From the human T2T-CHM13v2.0 reference genome, Homo sapiens: 64,000 bases of DNA. The position numbers were made by a program, and so were the translations under genes. Location of the stretch: the NCBI RefSeq assembly GCF_009914755.1, contig NC_060928.1, one strand, 5' to 3'. Below the pieces are notes generated by a model that was not told where the DNA came from, did not search any database, and worked only from the letters and a program-made list of their open reading frames with translations. Shown here in pieces: positions 1 through 10,855 of the stretch (its first letter is position 1; the number at the start of each line of letters is the position of its first letter).

Positions 1-530
1 CCCCATGTGGGAAGGGAAGACTTGCGGAAGGGCAATTCTTCCAGTGCGGAGACGAGGAGGCCAGCCCAGCCGCACTTCGGTCGCCCACCGCTCCGCCTGG
101 TGGTCCGCAGCCCCTTCCAGGCCGGCTTCTCCGGGTGGGGCGTGCTAGTCCGGGGCTAACTTTCCGCCACGTGCTGTCCCTGCGACCCGTCTCCCCCGGT
201 CGCCCTTCCTTCTCCCGGCGGCCGCTGGAGCTGCCCGCTTCGTGGAGCCGGTGGCAGGCCCCGGGGCTGGGAGCTCGCGCCCAGGCTTTTACTCAGATTC
301 CAGCACCTGATGGAGCAGGGGGTGGCGGCCAGCGCACAGGCTGTCGGCATCTCATGGCAGCGGAGACGGTCGTTTGGGGACGGAGGGGCGAGCCCTGCGG
401 CCGGGGCCAGTGGAGCTGGGCTCGGAGCCCGCCCACCATCCTCCCGCCCACCACCGCGGCCGGGCGCGCAGGCTCACACCCCTTCCTGGGGAAGCGAATG
501 GTCCCTTCCAGGCGGGTGGCCATGTTGCTC

Positions 531-537
531 TAATAAA
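531..537 (+). promoter_or_regulatory. TATA-like element TAATAAA
   Basis: Isolated AT-rich heptamer inside the GC-rich promoter, about 180 nt upstream of the start codon. It would place a TSS near 560. Confidence 0.4.
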
Positions 538-713
538 GCGGGAGGGGCGGCGGCGTGGGGGGAGCAGATGCCGCTGGCTGCCAGCGGGACGCCGGCGAGC
601 AGAGCGCAGCCGCGAGGGAGGCGCGAGGGAGGCGAGCCGGAGCCCGAGCACTAGCAGCAGCCGGAGTCGGCGGAAAGCACCCGGGCGCAGCCGGAGCCGG
701 TGCCGCAGCTGCG

Positions 714-740
714 ATGGCCGTGGCCGTGGGGAGACCGTCT
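714..740 (+). CDS. SEPTIN11: Septin 11 coding exon 1 (MAVAVGRPS)
   Basis: ATG at 714 in strong Kozak context (gcgATGg), 9 codons, donor TCT|GTGAGT at 740/741. Matches the known septin-11 N-terminus and joins exon 2 in phase 0. Confidence 0.96.
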
Positions 741-3700
741 GTGAGTGCTGGGGCCTCGCCTGCTGCTCCTCGGGCGCCGGGTGGTCTCTGCTCTGGGGCG
801 GGTGCGGTGAGGACCACAGGGGAGCCGGGCGGGTGCTCGGCCCCGCGGCGGCGGCGGCGACGGCTGTGGGTGTGTGCACGAATTTGGGCGCGCGTCTGGG
901 GTCGGGGTTAGGAGCCCAGGGGCTCAGTTACGTGATGCAACAGTGGATCGCCTCGTCGCGCCCCTCTTCTGGGAATGCGAAAGAAAAAGGACCCCTCTCC
1001 TGTTCCCTTTAAAATAATTCTTTGAGGCGCGGCGTGTCTCAGCCGCCTCCCTCTGCCCGCGCACCTCTTCCCTCGTGACAGCCAGAAGGGCGCCGGGTTC
1101 GGGGCTTTCCTCCAGTCTCCCCCGCGCCGAGGGGGCGCTCAGGGCATGGGAATTGCGAGCTGAAGTGCTGCGTGTGGCACTGCTGTAGAAGCAGGTCAGA
1201 GGGGTGGGATTTCCGTGGTGGCCTCCCCAGCGCATTGTGAGATCCCGGACACCCTCGGGCATCCACCCGGCTGAGCGGGCCCTGCCCAGGATGTGGACAA
1301 AGCCCCAGATAACACACACAAAGTTTTCTGGAGGCTCCCTTGTGGTGTGGGTGGAAGGACTGAAATGTTCTGCGGCTGAAAGGCCGGGGGCGGCGGGCTG
1401 AGGAGGCTGGGACGCGAGGAAGAGGAAGGGCGGGCGGGTGCGTGAAGAATCGAGTGCCCCACGGCGGGAGGGAGGAGAGTAGGAGGGAGGAGATACCTTT
1501 GCCCCGAGTGTGTGGGCCAAGGCGCCGCGCCTACTGGGTTGCAAGACTCGGTCCGCGCCCCGGGGCCGGGCCGGAGGGGAGCGGGACTCCGAGGGTGCGG
1601 TTCAGTGGCCGCTCCGCATCCCCAAGTGAAAGGCGGAGGAAGGGGCGGCGGCGGCCTTTCCTTTTTTTTGAAAGGAGCGGAGCTGGGTGGGAAAGGCGGA
1701 GTCCTCCTGTTTTCCCTTTCCCCTTTTCATCGTCGATGTTCACAGTCTACTCGCCTTACTGGCTTTGGGGGCGCCTCGGGCGATGTCTTTCCCTGTCTAT
1801 CACCTCCTCTTCCCTTTTTCTTCTTCCCTTTCCCACAGCTGTGCAGCTGCAGGTGGTGGCTCGGGAGATTTTGTAGTTACAGACGAAAGACTTACTGAGA
1901 TACTGGAAGCTCGGAAATCCCAGAAATGCAAGGCTGTGCTCTCAGGCTCCCGGCTCTTCCCCCTCTCCCCGCCTAACTCCTCCCCAGATACGCGCGCCTT
2001 TTGCACCCTACCCCCTCGGGAGAAGTTCATGGGTCCCTTTGCGGATTCTAATTCGATTTGGTGGTTCGGCTGCCCGCGGTGCTTTCAAAGACGTTTTCTG
2101 CAGTCAGAAAACACAGCGGTCATATCGAATCATGACTGTCTTTTAGGCCTTTTCAACTCTACGATTTAATGACATGGCTCTTTTAAGAATTCTGGTCTTC
2201 TTTTGCACATAAATTGTGCTCTTGATAATTAGTGGTCACATGTAGGTTATTGTTACTGAGGGAATTTGCATAGTCTCTGGGCTAGTCGTTTTATTTTTGG
2301 TGAGAAAATTGAGGTCTATAGAGGTGAAATTTATCTGGTTAAATTACTCCTCCCCCTGCCCCCCATTATACTTATTAGCAGGCATAGATTCAGAGAACTA
2401 AAATAACAATATCTGCTTTAGATAAATTGGCAAACGTTTAGGATTGCAAATATTCAGTGGGGGTGTTTGGCTTTTTCAGTAACACGTATTATTGCTGGTG
2501 CATTCTTGAGGGATGGAGGAGGTGGAAGAAATAATTAGCTGCACATTTTCTATAAATTAGTTCATATATGTCAGTTAAATAGGAACAGTATGTGGATTTA
2601 AGGTTTAGTTGTGTGGCCGTAATCACATCCAACACCAAGTCGGCCAACCATATGTGAGCTTAATCCCACAGAATTCTTATGTTAGACCTCCCTCTTCAGA
2701 TAATAGAGGAGATTTTTTTTAAGTATACGTGCACAGAGGAAGTGACTTCTTTCTGCGCACTCTGTTGTCACTGGAATTAAAATTAAATTACAATCTAAAG
2801 ACAGAAGACTTTTCTTTTGGAAACCTAATGTACGAGTGATTAGGAATTGACTATAAAGTTAGAAAGTCTACAGAAAATATGTGATCACATTTCACAGATA
2901 ATTGTTGAATCCTTTCACTTTGTTCATTGGGCTATTGTCTTAAGTGTGGTCTCTGCAGTTATGGCTTTAAAACAAAGTCAATGAATGGGGAAGACTCTTG
3001 AGACACAGCTCCATGGAATCTACACTGCACCTTTAAAGTTAAGAGTTCTCTGGCCCTCCCATTTCTTATCTAGTCTGTGATTTCACCAAAAGAAAGGAAG
3101 GGTGCGCTGAGGGAAAAGAACCACTCCGAAGTTGATTTATGTGTGAATGGAATTTCCCTAGGTATTTAATTAGATTTTTTAAAAAGTTATTTAGGACATA
3201 TATCTCCTTTTGCGATAACTACCTCTCCCCGCCAGACTGAAGAAAAATGCAATCTGAATAACTTACCCTAAATTTTTGATATTCTTGAATGGGAACATCT
3301 GAGTGTGATATCCCAGGTAAATATGACATTTTAGTGGGCAAAAATGCTTACATGTCAAATGCACTATTTTCTATCTTATGAAATGGTTATATTCTGTTAC
3401 AAACCATTCAAACCTCAAGGCTAAATTCAGGTAAGTTTCTTAAGTGGATTTGTTGTTGACTGCAAAACAAAGCTTCAATTTAGTGTGATACTGTTTATTT
3501 CAGTTTTAATTTTGATCCCTAGCTTCTCCATTTCCCCACTGATGGTTTTTGGGCTTAGCCCTAAGAAGACCCTGAAGCACATCTGCTGTTTGCCTAGTAT
3601 AACTGATGATTAGCAAGAACATTTTACTCCCAAGGGATGTGTCTGCATTTTGGATGAATTAGCATTTTTGCGTCCAAATCCCAGGGCAGCTATTATCTTT

Positions 3701-3997
3701 ATTTTAAACAGAACATGGCAATTTACTCTACTTGGGAATCAGGCTTTATGTAGCTGATGGCCTCTCCTAAGCTGTGGTGTTCATCAGTTTAAAAACTCTA
3801 GGAGTTGAAAGGAACGTTAGAGGTCATTTGGGTTAGCCTGCTCCCCAGTGCAGAAATATTTCTTACTTTATCCCTAACAAAAAATATGTGTTTAAACTTC
3901 ACTGGTGGTGGAGATTTCCCTATGATATCCTTCAAGAAATGCACTTAATTGCTGTTTTATCTGTTGAGCTGAAGGAAATGGAAAACCAAGTTTCCAT

Positions 3998-4100
3998 TTG
4001 CTCATTTAACACCATTTATTAAGCACCTGCTATGTGTCAGGAACTTGTTCTAGGTGTTGGGGATATAGCAGTGGACAAGTTTTCTTCTTACCAGGAGCTT
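3998..4100 (-). mobile_element. L2 LINE 3'-end fragment
   Basis: catttattaagcacctgctatgtgtcagg...tctaggtgttggggata is the typical reverse complement of the L2 3' end. Confidence 0.7.
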
Positions 4101-4188
4101 TATTGTTTGAGAGATTTGGTGTATTAAAGTGACAGACTTCAGTGTAAATGTGTAAATCATTTAGGGAGAAAAGGAATTATATGCCTAT

Positions 4189-4201
4189 TGCTGACTCAGC
4201 A
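4189..4201. promoter_or_regulatory. Palindromic Maf recognition element (T-MARE / ARE)
   Basis: Exact TGCTGACTCAGCA with AT-rich flanks. Confidence 0.55.
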
Positions 4202-6024
4202 AATATGATTCAGGTGAAGGATCATATCTGTCTGGGGATAATTATAGGCAATTCTTAAAGACGAGGGCAGGGAGTGTGGGAAGTGGAGGAGTACTGCCAA
4301 TAAAATGTTACTTTCCCTTGTTATAAAATTGCCATTTTTGTGACTTGAAAATGTGGCCCCAGATGGATGGCTGTGGTCGGTGTGCCTGGAGAAACATGAA
4401 TGGAGCCAAGAAAGGTCCAGGGGAGGGCCACCTAAACAATAAAGGGACTGTCATCTCAGGTCAGTTTTCAAAAATTAGAACTTTTTAGTCAGTGATATAA
4501 ATTATACATACTGAGGCTCTATAAACAGTTATTAAGGAATGCAAGAAGTTTCTGAGGTACAATAATCTCTCCTTTTAAAATCTTTCGAAAGTTATAGATT
4601 AATTTATCTTTTAAATTATCATCTTTAAAAATGATGTGTCTACATTACAGTGAAAAGGAGACCCAAGGAATTGATTAAAAGAACAAAACTGCCCATAACC
4701 CACTATCCTGATATAATAGTTCTTAGGTGTTTAGTCTATTTCACCACTTTTTTGAGCAGACATAACCCATCTTGTATAAACTGCCACCTAGAAACCAAAC
4801 TGTGTGCCTGAATGAGTCCTGTGTGACCATTTGAATAATACTCTTAAAATGAAGGAAGTGGATGCTTAGTGTTTGGGCATGGGCCATCCTATGTCTGCAA
4901 AAGGAACAAATGATTGTGGGACTCTGCTGTTTCCTTGATTTGGATGGCCTACTTGATTGATTGCCAGCAGACCAAGTGTTTATATTCTACCCAATGATGA
5001 TGTCACACTGATCATGATCATCGGATTTAGACTGTGGCGCAGCCCACAGAGTTTTCTGTGCCTGTGTTTCTCTTTATAGGACTCTAAATTTGGTTGGGGA
5101 TAGACGCTGCTCTTGGATTTTATCATTTTATTGGGATCCATCTTTCATAGTCTTAGCTAGACCTGTCTCAAATGGGGTTAGCAAAGCTGAACCATTATTT
5201 AAATGAAACCCAACACATCTAAAGCTTCTATACTTTTTTCCAAGGAGATCTACTTTACAATATAATTGATAACCTCCCCCGCCCCCTTTTTAAAAATCTG
5301 GATTGACAGAAAACTCTCAAATAACAATACTTCCCCTGACCCACTCATGCCTGCTGGCAGCCCATCAATGCAGCAGCTGTTGAACATAAAAACAATACTT
5401 GGGCTAAGGTAATAGAGACAGACTTCTAAAAGGAATTTGCTGGGCGATCTAAAATGAAATTCACATTGTTCCAGGCTTGACCTGAGATAGAAATCAGGAG
5501 TCTGTTCCCTGATATGACAAAGCCAAGGCACCAGAGCCACCTCTTTTTAGGATCGACGCCAATGAGTGTGAGCACATCGCTCAAGCCAAATGGCACAGGA
5601 AGTCCAGTTCTGTGGACACATTCTGCCCACCTGCTGAACTGTGACTGGGTAGGATGGAGTGTGAAACATTGAGAGAGGGGTAGGCTGAGGTGGTGAGGTG
5701 GGAAAGAGACCATATTCTAAAAGGACCATTTTTCTGACAAGTGGGAGCTTTGTTTGTTCTTGTCTGTGTGTGATTTCTTTTTTATTTATTTATTTATTTT
5801 TTTTGCATTTTTATTGTACAAAAAGGAAATGAAAATATATATAGCATAACATTAAAATTTACCTACTTGTTTTTGATAATAACATTCCTTTGGGAAGAAT
5901 TGATTTTTTTTCTCTTATAGAAGTTGAGGCACAATAATGTGGATAGGTTAGAGATTGAAAAACAAAATAATCCTCAACACCCTAACACATCAGTACTCAT
6001 TCTTGCCTTTCCAACCCACCTGTT

Positions 6025-6340
6025 TTATCAGACATTTCTTGTGTACCTTCTATATGCAGGTGCTGAAATTATGTTGGTGAGTACTTGACTGCAGTCTTTG
6101 CTGCTCTCATGAAATCTCTCTATAGGCTGAGTAAGCAATAGGATTTAGCAAGGAAAGGGAGATGGGGAGGTGGTTGTGGAAGTGTTCCAAGCCCAGGAAA
6201 CAGCATGTGCCAAGCTCTGGAAGTGAGGGAGAGACTCTTAAGAAATCCAATGTAGCAGGAACGTCAGCCTTAGGGTTGGGTAGGGAGAGTGGACAGACAA
6301 GAGGCTGAGGAGGTGGGAAGAGACTCAGTTGTGCAGTGCA
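6025..6340 (-). mobile_element. L2 LINE fragment
   Basis: Degenerate L2 motifs (gtgttccaagcccaggaaacagcatgtgccaagctctggaagtg). Confidence 0.6.
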
Positions 6341-7242
6341 TTCTTTATAGGCATGTATTTACTGTGTAGCTCTTTAAATGCTTTATATTCCATCCACCCT
6401 TTGCCCATAACTTAAGATATCTCAGATCCTTGAAATTGGTTGAAGGAAGACAAAGAAAATCTGCAGACTACTAATTCTTCAGGATTCAATAGGAGAGATG
6501 AGAAACGATCAGGGGAGTTGATTCCTTTCATGCCCAAATTGAACCCTTAAAGAATAGAGGAAATGAAGACTGACAGAGGACACAGAGAAGGAGAGTCCAG
6601 TGACAACATATGACAACGACAATGCTAGATCTTCCTCTGCCCAGTTTTATGCATTGAGCCTTTCCTCAGGATTCAGAACTAGAAGTTATTATTTTCTTAG
6701 ACCTAAGCAACTGAGTCCTGAAGAGTGTGGTGGGGCTGGGGGGGAAGATGGTAGGACTCTTTCCACCTTGGACTTCAAGTGGCAATCAGTGTTCTCCAAA
6801 AAGGAAATTAAAAACTCATTGGATTTTATGAAAACAGGAGAAGAGTCTGTTAAAAGCCAGGGTTTACTTAAGACTTCATGCTGTTTTAGTTATCTCATCT
6901 CTTTGAGTACTGTCTTCATACCAGTATAAATTTTGTGAATCTCATTAAGGTACTCATTAAACTTACTCTGACCTGCTGTTGGAGGGCAAAAGGCTTGACC
7001 AAAAACTTCTGTGCACGGGAAGCTTGTTCAGCATCTTGATTTTCAAATTTATTCAATTCAAATTACTGTCAAGACAATTATCTCACCTTATACTCACAAA
7101 ATACCTGAGAAGTAATATAGAGAAGGAAAATGAGACAGGAAGAAGTTGTCAGTTAATCTGCTACAGCAAATTTGTGGGAGAGCTAGGCTTTGGAACCAAA
7201 GGCTTTTAGACCAACATGCATACAGACCTCCCATCTGATTCA

Positions 7243-7660
7243 GTCAGTTAAGCTAAATTATGTTGCGGTAACAAATTGGCCCCATGTTTTGGTGGCTTAC
7301 ATAGCAAGGGTTTATTTCTCATGCAGCTGTTCCACCCTCGGAGGTCTGCTGCATACTGCATTGCCTCCAGGACCCAGGCTGAGGGAGTATCCTCTATCTG
7401 GGCATTGCCAGCCTGGTGGCAGAGGACAAAGAGACATGCTGAACCCTGGCTTCTCAAGAGCTGGCTTCTCAAGCTCTTAGATGGGTCACTTCCATGCAGA
7501 TTGTATTGGCCAAAGTAAATGGTCATTCCTAAATTCAAAAGAATGAGGATAGAGAATCCTCCTGTAAAGAGTGGCTCTGAAAGACCCTTGGGCTGGGGAA
7601 GTAAATCCCCCTCTAGGGAGGGCAGTGAATATTTTGAATAACAGTTGGCTAGATTCCTAG
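7243..7660 (-). mobile_element. Old MaLR LTR (MLT1K/J-like)
   Basis: tatgttgcggtaacaaa...gtggcttacatagcaagggtttatttctc is typical of a reverse-oriented MLT1 end. Confidence 0.55.
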
Positions 7661-7773
7661 TCAAGGAATCTACTATGAAGCCAAGTCTTTATTTTTAAAA
7701 TTGTATCCCTGTCTGTAAGGATTTTTCTCCCTCTATTTGGCCTGCTCTGATTCTAGCTGGGCATAGTAGAATG

Positions 7774-7774
<1 letters not shown>

Positions 7775-7831
<57 letters not shown>

Positions 7832-7853
7832 CAGAGACAGAGACAGAGAGAGA
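7775..7853. repeat. (TG)28 microsatellite followed by an AG-rich tract
   Basis: Pure TG repeat at 7775-7830, then acagagacagagacagagagaga. Confidence 0.98.
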
Positions 7854-8181
7854 TAAGAGTTAGGCAGCCACAATGAATTGAAGTCAGAGTGAATTCTCCT
7901 ACTCACTGGTGATGAGCTTCCAGGGACATCACCATCAAGTAAGTCATGGGTGGTAACCTTCTGAAAGGCCTTCTGTGCTGCTCTCTGATGACCTCAGCTG
8001 TGGAAGTGTACTCTCTGGGAAATGGTTCTGAGGCCATTAGGACTTCCAGCTGCTTGACAGAAGGATTTCCCTTGGGACCTCGGCCCTTTGGACCTTTCCC
8101 AGCCATATGTCCCTAAATGCAGATGAATCAGATGGCACCCTTCTTTCCCTTGCTCTGTTTTTCTCTCTACTGAGAGGCCAT

Positions 8182-8408
8182 AGTGTATAGCATTTGGGTG
8201 AAAAATGTGGGCTCTGGAGCCAGGTTGCTCCGGTTCTAGAGTATCGGTTTTACCATTTAACAAGCTTTGTGTCCTTAGGCAAGTTACTTCCCTCATCTGT
8301 AAAACACTAACAGTACTTCCCTCAAAGAGTTACAGATTAAGCCAGTTAGTACACACACAGTGCTTACACTGCTGCCTGGAACATTCATCCTCAATAAAAG
8401 TTGGTTAT
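8182..8408 (+). mobile_element. MIR SINE
   Basis: gggctctggagccag...tgtgtccttaggcaagttactt...ctcatctgtaaaa MIR core. Confidence 0.75.
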
Positions 8409-8957
8409 CTGAGGAAAATGGTGCTGAAATAGTAATGGCTTTATACTGAAGACTGGGCTCAAACCAGAACTGCCACTCCACTCCACCCCACCCCAGTGGG
8501 AACTGAGCAATTGCCCCTTCTCTTGCACACCTGAACCACACAGGCTTCCCATTTTCTAATCATAGCACACCTTAGAGGCACGGATCAAGCATACCCTCCA
8601 TGAAGCCTCCACCCATGAATCACCAAAATTTTGGCGATTTTTATTTATTTGAATTGCTGGCAACACTTATGTGTCATCCACATAGTGCTCTGGAGTCCCC
8701 ACCCCACCTTTCCTTAAGTTACCTTTTTTAAAAAAAGTGACTGTCAAATATAATTGTGAACATAAAAACACAAAACAAAAAAACCTTATTACCTACCATA
8801 AGCAATATGTTCCACTAGCCCTTGACCACATTCTTGCATTCTTAGTCTAGATAGCCAGACTTAAGGGAAAGGACTATATGTCCTGTACCCCCCACCAATA
8901 AACATTTGACTCAATAAGTGAAAATTCACCCTTCAGATAAATTGGATAAGACGTATT

Positions 8958-9376
8958 GTCTAAGACGTGTGCCTACCTGGCTCTTGCTGTGTCAACCCCC
9001 GGTAGGTGTAGACCTCGCAAGTCCACTTTCTGCCCCAGGCTTCTCTGCCATCGCCACCTGGGTTCTGCTTAGCTATTCTGACCTTTGTGCACTTCTGGAC
9101 ATCCAAAGGAGTTGCCATCCCAGGGGGCAACCCCCTTGAGATGGTGGATCTACATGGCTCCTCAATTGACCTGGCTCCTTAGAAGTTCCCCTCTGGGCCC
9201 CAGCCTCAGCCCTCAGGGGTGATTACTCTACAGTCCCCTTAGGGTGGCCTTCCCTCTTCCCCTGTTTCACTTTTCCCTGTCCCCCATTCTGTTCCCCTGG
9301 GTCACTTCCCAGGACTCACATGCATGCAAGTCCCTGTCTCAAGTCCTTGCATTTTGGGGAAACCTAGATGAAAACG
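8958..9376 (+). mobile_element. ERVL LTR16-like solo LTR
   Basis: 3' end aagtccctgtctcaagtccttgcattttggggaaacctagatgaaaac resembles the LTR16 terminus. Confidence 0.5.
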
Positions 9377-9536
9377 CCTTGTTTACTAGTGTGGGGCTCG
9401 TCTTTTCCTTATACAAATAAGGGAGTATGAATGTTAATTTTGTAATATACTAAGCTACTTTGGATGTTTTAAAAAATACTCAGAACAAACTGACTTTTTA
9501 CCAGGTTTTCACTACTATTTGTAAGACGCGGTTTTT

Positions 9537-10068
9537 GTTGTTGTTGTTGTTAGAATTAATGTTTTATTGTCACCCAGATGGCAATTAGGTTTATAATCTT
9601 CATACTTTATGTTTTTTGTAAATTAAAAAAAAATAAGTTTTAAATAGTCAATGGCTGGTTATATTTTCAGAAAACATGATTAGACTAATTCATTATGGTG
9701 GCTTCAAGCTTTTCCTTATTGGCCCCAGAAAATTCACCCACCTTTTGTCCCTTCTTAAAAAACTGGAATGTTGGCATGCATTTGACTTCATACTCTAAAG
9801 CAACATCCTGACAGTCATCCACATCTACTTCAAGGAATACCATGTTGGAATACTTTTCAGAGAAGGAATGAAAGAAAGACTTGATCATTTTGCAAGGCCC
9901 ACACCATGTGGCTGAGAAGTCAACTACAAGTTTATTGCCTGCGGTGTCCAAGGCTTCCTGAAAAGCAACCTTGCTCTTGATCGTTTTACCATTCTTGGCT
10001 GCTGGGGTCTGATGAGCAACTGTAACGACCGATGGAAACGGATCCAAAGCACTGGACTGAGCTTGGAC
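9537..10068 (-). pseudogene. TXNP6: Processed thioredoxin (TXN) pseudogene, antisense in intron 1
   Basis: Intronless TXN-like sequence ([16 protein letters not shown]...[30 protein letters not shown]) with 5' and 3' UTR, AATAAA (9563-9568 on -) and a tail decayed to (CAA)n. Imperfect TSD aagacgcggttttt (9523-9536) / aagacaaggttttt (10069-10082). 1-nt frameshifts just after the native ATG (9992) and near the C-terminus. The pseudogene number is from recall of the locus. Confidence 0.93.
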
Positions 10069-10082
10069 AAGACAAGGTTTTT

Positions 10083-10238
10083 TTTTTTTTTTTTAAATAA
10101 TAATAATTATTATTTTTAATGGATACAGAGTCTTGCTATGTTGCTCAGGTTTGTCTCAAACCCCTGGCCTCAAGTGATCCTCCTGTCTAGGCCTCCCAAA
10201 ATGCTGAGGTTACAGTTATGAGCCACGGGCACATGGCC
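10083..10238 (-). mobile_element. FLAM / Alu left monomer
   Basis: gagtcttgctatgttgctcagg...caagtgatcctcctg...gcctcccaaaatgctg...atgagccac with a poly-T tail. Confidence 0.85.
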
Positions 10239-10652
10239 AGATTAAAAAAGTAGACTCAAAAAAAAAAATTTGTATCGCATCACCTAGACTTTTCTATAAT
10301 TTTCATTTCTGATTCTTTGGGATGGAACTCATAATCTCTCAGGGTGGCACTACTTGCTTTTGAATCTATAGTGCCTATTTTGTTCTGTAATGGGTTTAAT
10401 TTACCCATTTCAAGTCAATTGCATTTTTATATTCTAGGATCTAGATCCAGAGTGAATGGGGGAAATTATGGTTTTGATACATGAACTATGAACTTAGGAC
10501 AAAGCTTAAAACTCTTTTGAAAAAAAATAATCAAAGTTTTGGGCTTATATTGTCTGCATAAATTGGAAAAATGGGGTAATAAGAAACAACTTTAATTAGC
10601 TAACATTGAACAGTTTTAAGGATGGGGATTAATGTAGTATTTCCCTAAGAGT

Positions 10653-10855
10653 GTTTATTTTATTTTATTTTGAATTTTTTATTTTTGTGGGTACATAGTA
10701 GGTATATATATTTATGGGTTACATTAGGTATTTTGATGCAGGCATGCAATGTGTAATAATCACATCAGGGTAAATGGGGTGTCCATCACCTCAAGCATTT
10801 ATCCTTTGTGTTTCCAACAATCTAATTGTACTCTTTTAGTTATTTTTAAATGTAC
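10653..10855 (-). mobile_element. L1MA-type 3' end fragment
   Basis: gggtacatagtaggtatatatatttatggg...aataatcacatcagggtaaatggggtgtccatcacctcaagcattt, flanked by an imperfect repeat cctaagagtgttt / cccaagagttttt. Confidence 0.85.

Larger units (their letters stand above)
1..2150. promoter_or_regulatory. CpG island / promoter of SEPTIN11, extending into intron 1
   Basis: Very GC- and CpG-rich sequence with GC boxes (e.g. GGGGCGG near 544) around exon 1. It changes abruptly to AT-rich, CpG-poor DNA after about 2150. Confidence 0.92.

Noticed and set aside
1124-1140. CTCF-like motif cgccgagggggcgctc
   Set aside because: Only the 3' half matches, and such partial matches are frequent in CpG islands.
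135-2169. Many overlapping 60-212 aa ORFs on both strands
   Set aside because: Low-complexity Arg/Gly/Pro/Ala frames expected from stop-codon scarcity in a CpG island. There is no recognisable domain, and only 714-740 fits a spliced protein.
3421-3436. Perfect CAG|GTAAGT as a recursive splice site (also 51062-51070)
   Set aside because: No polypyrimidine tract directly upstream, so not a ratchet point. Isolated consensus donors are expected in long introns.
9685-10047. 120-aa thioredoxin ORF as a functional gene
   Set aside because: It starts at TTG, the native ATG is frameshifted, and it has processed-pseudogene hallmarks (no introns, tail, TSD).
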